The position numbers and the translations under genes are program-made. Below are positions 18,164 through 26,935 of a stretch of DNA of 64,000 bases, piece by piece. This DNA comes from Acidobacteriota bacterium (GTDB lineage: Bacteria; Acidobacteriota; UBA890; WLXD01): NCBI GenBank assembly GCA_965248695.1, contig CBDFKD010000002.1:5632001-5696000 (forward strand). The letters run 5' to 3'. The first letter of the stretch is position 1; each line of letters starts with the position of its first letter. A model generated the notes under the pieces. The model saw only the letters and a program-made list of their open reading frames with translations. It searched no databases and was not told the DNA's origin.

Positions 18164-19711
18164 ATGTGGACATCAGCGATCCGACTCAAATTAGCTGCGC
18201 AGGGCGCGCTCGCGAGGACGGCGATCCTCATGGTCTTCGCAGTATCAGCTGCGGCGTGTGCGGGACCGCCCGACTCTCCGACAGACGCGCGGGCGACGGC
18301 GGCGGACGACCTGAACGAATCGTTGCTGCGATGGCCGCTGCCGCCTGGCGCTGAGGCGTACGCCGACATCGACGGCCGGCGCCTGCATCAGTACGTCGTG
18401 CAGCAGGCGGAGATATCGTGGCGGTACAGGGACGGGGGGCATCCGCAATTCTGGGGACGGATTACCGGTACGTCTGCCGATGCGGAGAGCGCCGAGTGGC
18501 TAGCCGCCGAGTTCCGGGACCTCGGCCTCGCGGACGTGCGTATCCAGCGGCTCGATCTGGAGCCGCAGTGGATGGCGCAGTCGTGGGATGTGTCGGTTAC
18601 GGCCGGTGGCAAGACCTTGCCGCTCGAATCCGCCCAGCCGGCCTACCGTACGTCGGCGACGCCTCCAGCCGGCCTTCAACTCGACGCCGCCTATGTGGGG
18701 CTCGGCAGTGAGGCTGACTTCGTCGGGCGCGATGTCGACGGCAAGGCGACGTTCGCCTTCGGCATGCTGGGGATCCGGTCGGAAGGCGCGCTGGCACGAG
18801 CCGATGCCAACGGCGCCGCAGCCATCTTCGATGTGCGGATGTTGCCCGGGAACATGCGCTACCAGGCCTATCCGGCGCGGACCAACGTCCCTACCTTTAC
18901 CCTCGGAAGCGAGGATGGCTACGCGGTCCGCAACCTGATCGCCGCCGGCGAAGCGCCGCGCCTGAGCGTCACGCTCGATGTAGAGATGGTGCCGGATATG
19001 GAGACGGCGCTCGTCTGGGGAACGCTGCCGGGCACCTCCGACGAGACGATCTACGTCATGGCGCACCGCGATGGCTGGTTCGATGCGGCCGGTGACAACG
19101 CCTCCGGTGTCGCCTCGATGATCGGGCTGGCGGGGTACTACGCACAGGTCCCTCAGTCGGAGCGACGTCGCACAATGGTCTTTATCGGCTTGGATGGGCA
19201 CCACAATCTGGGCGGCGGGGGGACCGGAGCCGCCGGGGGATTCTGGTTGATGGACCACCGCGAGGAGCTCTTTGCCAAGACCGCCCTGGTGATCAACTGC
19301 GAGCATCCGTCGACGGTGCAGACCACGGTGAGGCCACGGTACCTGGGCCGGGACGAGATCGTCTGGTCGAATGCCTACATGCCCCAGCAGTGGTACGTCG
19401 GCGGCCCGTCGAGACCGGAGCTCGGAGCAATCGCCATCAAAGCCTTCCGAGAGTTCGGGGTCAGCACGTATCTCGAGCCGAACGCCGAGCCGCCAGCCGG
19501 TGATCTCGGTTGGCGAGGCGGACCGGAGTTATGGCGCTTCGTGCCGGGCATCGCGACGAGCGAATTCTACCACTACTTCCACACCGACCAGGAGACGCCG
19601 GAAACCGTTTTGTGGACTGGTCTCGAGGCGTCGACGCGTGCCTACGCACGCATCATTGATGAGGTGAACCGGCTTGCGCTGAGCGACCTGCGGCGACCGG
19701 AAGAGCCATAG
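18164..19711 (+). CDS. M28-family metallopeptidase-like lipoprotein (PA-domain-containing)
   Basis: Lipobox-like SAAAC; GRITGTSAD; YVMAHRDGWFDAAGDNASG; NCEH; YFHTDQET. Confidence 0.85.
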   Translation: MWTSAIRLKLAAQGALARTAILMVFAVSAAACAGPPDSPTDARATAADDLNESLLRWPLPPGAEAYADIDGRRLHQYVVQQAEISWRYRDGGHPQFWGRITGTSADAESAEWLAAEFRDLGLADVRIQRLDLEPQWMAQSWDVSVTAGGKTLPLESAQPAYRTSATPPAGLQLDAAYVGLGSEADFVGRDVDGKATFAFGMLGIRSEGALARADANGAAAIFDVRMLPGNMRYQAYPARTNVPTFTLGSEDGYAVRNLIAAGEAPRLSVTLDVEMVPDMETALVWGTLPGTSDETIYVMAHRDGWFDAAGDNASGVASMIGLAGYYAQVPQSERRRTMVFIGLDGHHNLGGGGTGAAGGFWLMDHREELFAKTALVINCEHPSTVQTTVRPRYLGRDEIVWSNAYMPQQWYVGGPSRPELGAIAIKAFREFGVSTYLEPNAEPPAGDLGWRGGPELWRFVPGIATSEFYHYFHTDQETPETVLWTGLEASTRAYARIIDEVNRLALSDLRRPEEP

Positions 19712-19715
19712 GTGG

Positions 19716-19741
19716 GGTTGACTCTCGCTACGAAGTCAACC
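19716..19741. terminator. Hairpin or dyad immediately after the M28 gene stop
   Basis: GGTTGACT (19716-19723) / AGTCAACC (19734-19741) inverted repeat. Confidence 0.35.
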
Positions 19742-19839
19742 TTAACTGCGCTCCTCTACTTTGGGGCCCGCGCCTGGTGTCTTCAGCTCCTCCGGCAGGA
19801 CCCCGTACCGACACCAGCGCACGCAGTGGAGTACGCGCC

Positions 19840-20562
19840 GTGGAACGTAATCAGGCATTCCGGTTGCTCATGACAGGATCGGTCGGCGTCATGCTCGTCG
19901 GTCTCCTCTGGACACCGGGCGGAACGCTTTCGGCACAGGACCGGCCGCCAGCGCTGTCGGAGGTTGTCGCCCCGGAGCACACCGTCCTCCTCGTGCACGA
20001 GGTGCTCAACGCGTTCGTTTCCGACGGGGGGATGTTCGCCGAGCAGGGCCAACAGATCGACATCACCGGCATCATGGATCCGATGGTGAAGCTGATCGCC
20101 GCCGCCAGGGACAACGGTGTTCGAGTCGCCTACGTTCGGTGGAACACCTATCCGGACTACTCCAATTATCGGCGGCCCTCGGAACGTCCCGACCCTGATG
20201 CGCCGGTGGCAACGAACGAGATGCACGAGGGGACCTGGGGATGGGAGAACCCGCCGGAGATTGCCCCCGGCCCCTTCGATTGGATCCTGCGGAAATACCG
20301 CTCGGACGCTTTCGTCGCTACCGCACTCGACGAGCTGCTGCGATGGAACGGGATCACCACGATCGTGATCGTCGGGGTCGGCGCCGAGGTCGGGGTCGTG
20401 CCGACCCTGTCGACGGCCGAGGTCCTCGGGTACGCCACCGTAGCCGTCGAGGATGCCATCCGACCTACAGAAGAGCATCGGCTTGCGGATGCGATGCTCT
20501 ATATCAACGACCATGCCCGGGTGGTAAACCACACCGACCTCATCGAAGCCTGGAACCGGTGA
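19840..20562 (+). CDS. Secreted isochorismatase/cysteine-hydrolase-fold protein (catalytic Cys absent), paralogue 2
   Basis: Core closely similar to 17080-17805 (PEHTVLLVHEVLNAFVS, GVGAEVGVVPT). Start uncertain (GTG 19840 after GGAG, or ATG 19870); signal-like segment ending LSA. Confidence 0.85.
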   Translation: MERNQAFRLLMTGSVGVMLVGLLWTPGGTLSAQDRPPALSEVVAPEHTVLLVHEVLNAFVSDGGMFAEQGQQIDITGIMDPMVKLIAAARDNGVRVAYVRWNTYPDYSNYRRPSERPDPDAPVATNEMHEGTWGWENPPEIAPGPFDWILRKYRSDAFVATALDELLRWNGITTIVIVGVGAEVGVVPTLSTAEVLGYATVAVEDAIRPTEEHRLADAMLYINDHARVVNHTDLIEAWNR

Positions 20563-22808
20563 GCCGGGCCGGTCGACGCTCGGTGCGGTCTCGTCGGGTG
20601 CTGTGGACGCTGGCGGTTCCGCTCCTCTGGGCGACGACCGCGCTCCAAGAACCCGATCTTGACAGCGGGCTCGTCGCCGCGGCGGCGGCGGGCAACCTGG
20701 CAGGCGTGCAAGCCCTGATGGAACAGGGTGCGGACGTCAACGCCGACAACGGCTTCGGAGTCACCGCGCTGTACAGCGCCGCGGACTGGGGCCGGGTCGA
20801 GCTGGTGCGCTTGCTGCTCGAGAACGGTGCCGATCCCGACTCGAACCCGATATCGCGTGGCCGGTCGCCGTGGGGGAAGACCCCGCTGCAGCTGGCGGCG
20901 AACTCCAACACCGACGTGGCTGCGCCCGAGGCGCGAGCAGAGATCATCCGGCTGCTCATCGAGCACGGCGGCGGGACCGAGGGCGAGGCTCTCCGCGAGC
21001 TCATCCGGATGGGCTACTTCGACGCGGCACGGACGATCGTCGGGCGGGGTGAGACGAAGCCTTCGTATCTCAATGCGGCGCTCGGCGCGGCCAGAAGTGG
21101 TGACCACACGGAGCTGATCGCCCTTCTGGTGCAGGCAGGTGCCCAGGAGCCGGGCGAGACAGATCGGTTCAACGCTCCGGAGCGGTTGGAGCAAGTCGCC
21201 GGGACCTATCGAGCGGCAGGAGGAGAAACTGCAACGCTCCGGACGGGGCTGGAGGATGGCGAGCTCATCCTCGAGCGATCCGATCGCGATGCTCTGACGC
21301 TCGTACCGGCGAACCTGACCATCCTGCGCTCGCTCGACCGAACGACGGCCGCCGAGCTACGCGGACGCGCCCTACCGCCATCCGAGCTGGTGGTTTTCGA
21401 GGGAAATCTGTCTCACGCGTATGCCTGGACCGGCCCGGTGGCCGCCCGACCGCCGCGAGCTCCCGTCCGCAGCGACACCACCGCTGTGTCCTCCGAGCCC
21501 ACATCGACGACCCACACTGGCAACTGGCCCTCATTTCGCGGCACCGCGGGCTCAGGGGTGGCAGACGGGGCCGACCCGCCAGTGCAGTGGGATGCGGAGA
21601 AGGGCGTCAACGTCGTCTGGAAAACGCCGATTCCGGGGCTCGGCCATTCCAGCCCCATCGTCTGGGGCAATCGGGTATTCGTCACGACGGCCGTCCCGGA
21701 ATCGGGCGCGGCCGCGACCTTCAAGGACTTCTCGGAGGCGGCGCGCTCAGGCGTGCTGGCGTACGTCAAGGAGGACGTGCCGTTTTCCTGGCGCGTCGTA
21801 GCGCTCGACAAGGCCAGCGGGGAGGTTGTCTGGGAGCGGGTGGCGCGCCAAGGATTGCCACGCACGGCGCGCCACGTCATGGCGTCGCACGCCAACCAGA
21901 CGCCGGTCACGGATGGCCGGCACGTGGTGGCGTGGTTCGGTTCCGAAGGAGTCTACTGCTACGGCGTCGCCGGCAAGCTGCTGTGGTCAAAGGACCTCGG
22001 TCCGGTCCCGTCGGGTCGCTACTTCGATCCGGGATACGAGTGGAACACCGCCAGCTCACCCATCATCTACAGGAATCTGGTGATCCTTCAGGTGGACGGG
22101 ATCAATGAGGCGTACCTGTTGGCGCTCGACATCACGACCGGCGAGGAGGTCTGGCGTGTGGAACGCGATGAGCACCCGTCGTGGCCGACTCCGCTGATCT
22201 ACGAAGACGCGACGGGCACGCAGCTGGTTACCGCTGCCATCCGCTACGCGCGCGGTTACGACCCCGAGACCGGCGAGGAGCTGTGGCGGCTCGGTCTCCA
22301 CGGCGACTTCCCGACACCCACACCGATTGCCGGCCGCGGGCTGATCTTCATCACCAGCGCATACGGGACGGTGGAGCCGATCTACGCCATCCGTCCCGGC
22401 GCCCGCGGCGACATTACGTTGGCTGACCACGAAGCCTCCAACGAATCGGTCGCCTGGAGCAAGCGGCGCGGGGGCTCCGGCATCCCGACGCCGATCGTGT
22501 ATGGCGACCTGCTGTACATCCCCCGCGGCGGTGGGATCCTTGCCGCCTACCAGGCCCAGACCGGAGAGCGAATCTATCAATCGCGGATCACTCGCGGCGG
22601 CAACTACTCCGCGTCCCCGGTCGCGGCCGACGGCAAGATCTACTTCTCCAGCGAGGACGGCGAGGTGATCGTCGTCAAGGCCGGCCCGGAATTCGAACGG
22701 CTGGCGGTCAATCCGATGGGCGAGCCGCTCATGGCAACCCCGGCGATCTCCCACGGGATGATGATCTTCCGCACGCAGGAGCACGTCGTCGCGATCGCTA
22801 CGCCTTGA
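20559..22808 (+). CDS. Ankyrin-repeat + PQQ-binding-like (BamB-like) beta-propeller protein
   Basis: GTGA overlap with the upstream stop; ankyrin motifs GADVNADNGFGVTAL and GKTPLQLAA; C-terminal NWPSFRG, WKTPIPGLGHSSPIVWG, SASPVAADGKIY, MATPAIS. Confidence 0.88.
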   Translation: MSRAGRRSVRSRRVLWTLAVPLLWATTALQEPDLDSGLVAAAAAGNLAGVQALMEQGADVNADNGFGVTALYSAADWGRVELVRLLLENGADPDSNPISRGRSPWGKTPLQLAANSNTDVAAPEARAEIIRLLIEHGGGTEGEALRELIRMGYFDAARTIVGRGETKPSYLNAALGAARSGDHTELIALLVQAGAQEPGETDRFNAPERLEQVAGTYRAAGGETATLRTGLEDGELILERSDRDALTLVPANLTILRSLDRTTAAELRGRALPPSELVVFEGNLSHAYAWTGPVAARPPRAPVRSDTTAVSSEPTSTTHTGNWPSFRGTAGSGVADGADPPVQWDAEKGVNVVWKTPIPGLGHSSPIVWGNRVFVTTAVPESGAAATFKDFSEAARSGVLAYVKEDVPFSWRVVALDKASGEVVWERVARQGLPRTARHVMASHANQTPVTDGRHVVAWFGSEGVYCYGVAGKLLWSKDLGPVPSGRYFDPGYEWNTASSPIIYRNLVILQVDGINEAYLLALDITTGEEVWRVERDEHPSWPTPLIYEDATGTQLVTAAIRYARGYDPETGEELWRLGLHGDFPTPTPIAGRGLIFITSAYGTVEPIYAIRPGARGDITLADHEASNESVAWSKRRGGSGIPTPIVYGDLLYIPRGGGILAAYQAQTGERIYQSRITRGGNYSASPVAADGKIYFSSEDGEVIVVKAGPEFERLAVNPMGEPLMATPAISHGMMIFRTQEHVVAIATP

Positions 22809-22900
22809 TCGACTCCAAGACAGTGCCGCTAATGGGACGCCGAGCTCGGCAACCGCCGCGATGGTGTTGTGGCCACGGTGACCCGGGTCGCAACCTGCGC

Positions 22901-25795
22901 CTACTCGATCACCCGCATCACACCCTGCATCGTCTGCCAGTGATTCGGGAACGTGCAGAGGTAGTCGTAGTCGCCAGTGGCGGCCGGGGCGGTGAAGTCG
23001 ATCACCTGGTACTCGCGATGGTTCAGCAGCTCTGACGCCACGAGGATCTTCTCGTCGTCGGGGCGAAACCCGACAGCGAAACCGACAGCGCCGAGCGCCT
23101 CGGCGGCCAGGGCGATGTCCTCGGCCGAGCCCGGCTCCCCGATGATCAGGTTGTGCGGCATGTAGTCGGGGTTCTCGAACCAGATCTTGACGTTCTGCCC
23201 CGGCTTGACGGTGAACTCGGTGGTGTCGAAGCGCATCTCGTCCACCAGGGTTCGGATGACGATGGCGGCGGGATCCGGGGTCACGTCGTCGATGTCCGGG
23301 TCGTCGGCCAGCCTGGAGGTGAAATCGATCGGTTCGGAGGCGTTGTGATCCCAGAACTGCTGCACCGTCTGGGCGGCGATGCGAGCGTGCGGCTCGGGCG
23401 AGTTGAGTACCAGCGCGAGCAGGTCGCGATTGACAACGTTGTGCTGCTGGTGGACCCAGAGCGCTTCGAGAAGATGGTGCGCATCGCGTGCGTCGCGCGC
23501 ATCGAACTGCTGTAGCCACTCCTCGGTGGCTGCAACCACCTCGGCGCTGTCACGCTCCGAGAGCTCGACGCGCGCCCGCCGGCGGATGCCGTTGATCGGG
23601 TGTTGGAGCGCTTCGAGCAGCTCGGCGTTCGGCCGGCCGTCGATCGCGACATGTGGTGACAGCGGTCGCCCCGGCACCGTGATCCGGTGGATGCGTCCGT
23701 GGGCGTGGTCGCGCGCCGGATCGCGGATGTTGTGCTGCATGTGGCCAACGATGGCGTTGGCCCAGTCGGCGACGTACACAGCGCCGTCGCCGGCGATGTC
23801 GAAGTCGGTGGGCCGGAAGTTGGGGTCGGCAGAGACCAGGAAGTCGTCGGTTTCGGTGCCCCAGGCGTCGCCGTTGTCGGTGTCGAAGTCCAGCGCGTAC
23901 TGCTTGATGCCCAGGAACGCGATGGCGTTGAGGATCAGGAAGTTGCCCTGGCTCGAATCGGGGAAATGCGCACTGGAGAGAATGCCGCTGCTGGGAACCG
24001 GTCGTACCGTGTGTTGCAGTAGCTTGCGCATGCTGAACGAGCCGTCGCCGTTCGGCTTCACCTGATACGCCGAGCCGCCGGTGGCGTCGGTGGCGTAGTG
24101 ATGACCCCAGTAGTCGAAGCTGATGCCGTGGGCGTTGGGGACGTTCTCGGCGTGGAAGCTGAACTCGTAGGTGCGCGGGTTGAACCGGTACATGCCGGAG
24201 AAGTTCGACTCTTGGTTCGTCCGCCAGGGCGTTTCGACGTTGGACACATTGAAAATGCCGCGCTGATAGTAGATGAAGCCGTCGGGCCCGTAGACAAAGT
24301 TGTTGGCCGAGTGGTGCGTGTCCGCCGATCCGAGCGCGCCGAGCACACGGACGCGGACGTCGGCCACGTCGTCTCCATCGGTGTCTTTGAGAAACAGGAT
24401 GTCCGGCACCGAGGCCACGATCACGCCGCCGTCCCAGAACTCGAACCCGGTGGGGTTGTGCACATAGGCGAACGTGATTGCCTCGTCGGCAACCCCGTCA
24501 CGATCCTCATCGGGGAGGATCAGCAACCGGTCGGCCATGTCCTTGGTGGGTTCCCACTTCGGATAGGTGGCCCACGTCGCCGCCCACAGCCGCCCTCGAG
24601 TGTCGACGCCAAGCTGCACCGGGTTGACGAGCTCGGGAAACATCTCCTCGGAGGCGAACAGGTTGGCGTGCATGCCCTCCTGCAGCGTCATCCGGTCGAT
24701 GCTTTCCTCGGCGGTGAGGAAATCGAGAGTACCGGTAATGCTGACCCCATCCTGGTATTGGGGCTCCGCCAGGTTGGTCTTCACCTCGAAGGGCTCGGGT
24801 ACGTTGGAGTCGTCCGGCGTCCGCAGCTCGCCGTTGGCCGCGGCCCAGATCACCGCGTCGCGGTTGGCGGTCATCACATCGAGCTGCGAGAGCTCGTGTT
24901 GCAGCACGTCGAAGTTCGTCTGGCCGTCGGTAAAGGCAAGCGAGGAGCGCGTTCCCCAGACGTCGTTGCCGTCGGTGGTGCGGTAGCGGTTGAACCAGTG
25001 CCAGTTCTTTTCTAGGACCGCGGTGCGTACCGCCTCGAGCCTCGGGGCGGCGACAGCCGGCGGCGCACCCAGCAACGACTCGACAATTACCGCGGCGATC
25101 TCACGGTTGCCGTCATCGTTGAGGTGGATTCCGTTGATCGTCAACGGCGCGGCGGCGGCGCGATAGAGCTCCTGCGAGGGGCCGAACAGGTCGACGTATC
25201 GGACGCCCTTGGTTCGCGCCACCTCCCGCATGGCCTCCGTGTAGGCGGCTAGCCGGGCGTTGTTGTCGCGGCCATCAGGCAGATTCGGGTCGTACAGATC
25301 CTCGTGTGCGATGGGCGACAACAGCACGATGCGAGGGGGCCCGCGGCCGGAATAGTTCTGCGCTCGCGTGTGATCGATCCACTCGGTCAAGGCGGCAGCG
25401 AACTGCGCCGGCCGTCCATCGAACGATTCGTTGTAGCCGAACATTGCCACGATGACGTCGGCTTGCGAGAACGCCAGGTACTCGTCGGCGCTCGGAAACC
25501 CCGGCCCGGTGGGGGCCCGGGGCGGCAACGATCCCTTGACGCGCGGGCGATGATCGATGCGGTCGCCGGCGAAGCCATGATTGCGAATGACGAGCTGCAG
25601 CGCTGGGAGCTCCGATTGCAGATAGGCCTCGAGCCACCCGTCGTGCTGCATCCGATCTGCGAGCGCGTTGCCGACGAGCACGACGTGATCGCCCTGCCGA
25701 AACGGGATCTCGGCAGTGCCGCACGCGATCGCCGTCAGCAGCAAGCCGCCGAGCACCGCCGCGACAACCACAGCGCCGTTGGAGCGGTCGGACAT
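22901..25795 (-). CDS. PVC-type multidomain lipoprotein: SGNH/GDSL-like + membrane-bound-dehydrogenase-type propeller + HEAT-like + cupredoxin (azurin/auracyanin-like)
   Basis: Lipobox-like AIAC; VLVGNALAD...INGIHLN; NLFASEEMFPELVNPVQ; NFRPTD...DWANAIVGHMQH; type-1 Cu ligands MPHNLI and CTFPNHWQTM. Confidence 0.85.
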   Translation of the reverse strand: MSDRSNGAVVVAAVLGGLLLTAIACGTAEIPFRQGDHVVLVGNALADRMQHDGWLEAYLQSELPALQLVIRNHGFAGDRIDHRPRVKGSLPPRAPTGPGFPSADEYLAFSQADVIVAMFGYNESFDGRPAQFAAALTEWIDHTRAQNYSGRGPPRIVLLSPIAHEDLYDPNLPDGRDNNARLAAYTEAMREVARTKGVRYVDLFGPSQELYRAAAAPLTINGIHLNDDGNREIAAVIVESLLGAPPAVAAPRLEAVRTAVLEKNWHWFNRYRTTDGNDVWGTRSSLAFTDGQTNFDVLQHELSQLDVMTANRDAVIWAAANGELRTPDDSNVPEPFEVKTNLAEPQYQDGVSITGTLDFLTAEESIDRMTLQEGMHANLFASEEMFPELVNPVQLGVDTRGRLWAATWATYPKWEPTKDMADRLLILPDEDRDGVADEAITFAYVHNPTGFEFWDGGVIVASVPDILFLKDTDGDDVADVRVRVLGALGSADTHHSANNFVYGPDGFIYYQRGIFNVSNVETPWRTNQESNFSGMYRFNPRTYEFSFHAENVPNAHGISFDYWGHHYATDATGGSAYQVKPNGDGSFSMRKLLQHTVRPVPSSGILSSAHFPDSSQGNFLILNAIAFLGIKQYALDFDTDNGDAWGTETDDFLVSADPNFRPTDFDIAGDGAVYVADWANAIVGHMQHNIRDPARDHAHGRIHRITVPGRPLSPHVAIDGRPNAELLEALQHPINGIRRRARVELSERDSAEVVAATEEWLQQFDARDARDAHHLLEALWVHQQHNVVNRDLLALVLNSPEPHARIAAQTVQQFWDHNASEPIDFTSRLADDPDIDDVTPDPAAIVIRTLVDEMRFDTTEFTVKPGQNVKIWFENPDYMPHNLIIGEPGSAEDIALAAEALGAVGFAVGFRPDDEKILVASELLNHREYQVIDFTAPAATGDYDYLCTFPNHWQTMQGVMRVIE

Positions 25796-25799
25796 CGGC

Positions 25800-26879
25800 T
25801 CAGTCCTGCGTCGACTTGTCCGTTGACATGATCGGCGTGTCCCAACCGGCAAGATCGGCTGGGCGCACACCGCGACGATAGCCATCGAAGGCGAAGGCGA
25901 CGGGATTGTAGGGCCCCACCAGCGCGATGTCGCTGTCCGGCTGGATCGATCCTTCCAGGCCGACGGCCCACAGCGCCGCGTTGATCATCAGGCGGCGGAA
26001 TCCCTCGTTGAGAAAGTCCTCCGAGGCGCCGTGGGTGGTGGTGAAGACACGGGCTTGGCGGCCGTCTCCGGCCTCGTAGGTGCGCGTCCAGGCGACCGGC
26101 AACACCGCCTTGTCAGGTGCCGGGGGCGAGTCGGCACTCATTCCATCGAGGACTTGACCGGTGGCGAGAACGACGGAATCGGGCATCGGGTCGGCATAGT
26201 AGCCACCGGAGACAGCGTGCACGTCGCGTACGCCGCGAAGAACCGGGTGTGTCTCCTGGTTCTGTCCCTCTCGGTCCGCCAGCAGCAGCCTCGAGCTCTG
26301 TTCGTGGTTCTCGCCGTGATGCGTTACCCAGGTCTCGCCGAGAACCTGGCGGCCGAAGCCGCCGCTGTACTCCGCCCCAGCGTAGTCCCAGGTGTACTTG
26401 CCGAACGGTCCGCCCTCGATCTCGAAGGCATGCGTCGCGGTGCGAATGCCGACAATCGGACCGCCGCGGTCGAGGTAGTCGACGATGTGCTGCATCTCGG
26501 CATTCGGAAAGTCCTGGAATCGCAGGCCGACGATCAGCAGATCGGCGCTCGTCAGCGCTTCGAGGCCGGCGATATCGGAGCTGCCGGGCTCGATGAAACC
26601 GTCGCCGTCGAGGGTGAAGAACACGCTGCATTTGAAGCCGAATCTGCTGGCCAGAATGCGCCCCATCGCCGGCAGTATCTCCTCGGATCGATACTCGTGG
26701 TCCCCGGCGATCAGGACGATGTGCCGACCGGCGCCGGGTCCATCCGCGCGCGGGCCCGCACTACCGTCGTAAACGACGCGATAGGGGTTGTCTGGCAAGA
26801 CCGTATCGTCCTGCGGCACCGAGGCGACGCAGCTCGCCAGGACGGCCGGGAGCAGCATGGACGAAGATGCGATTCTCAT
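25800..26879 (-). CDS. ThuA-like domain lipoprotein
   Basis: Lipobox-like VLASC; HIVLIAGDHEYRSEE; GIRTATHAF; PVAWTR; RVFTTTHG. Confidence 0.82.
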   Translation of the reverse strand: MRIASSSMLLPAVLASCVASVPQDDTVLPDNPYRVVYDGSAGPRADGPGAGRHIVLIAGDHEYRSEEILPAMGRILASRFGFKCSVFFTLDGDGFIEPGSSDIAGLEALTSADLLIVGLRFQDFPNAEMQHIVDYLDRGGPIVGIRTATHAFEIEGGPFGKYTWDYAGAEYSGGFGRQVLGETWVTHHGENHEQSSRLLLADREGQNQETHPVLRGVRDVHAVSGGYYADPMPDSVVLATGQVLDGMSADSPPAPDKAVLPVAWTRTYEAGDGRQARVFTTTHGASEDFLNEGFRRLMINAALWAVGLEGSIQPDSDIALVGPYNPVAFAFDGYRRGVRPADLAGWDTPIMSTDKSTQD

Positions 26880-26935
26880 CGGCGACCTCCAACCTCGAAC
26901 AACACCGGGGATCGTTCCAGAGTACGGTGTCTGTA

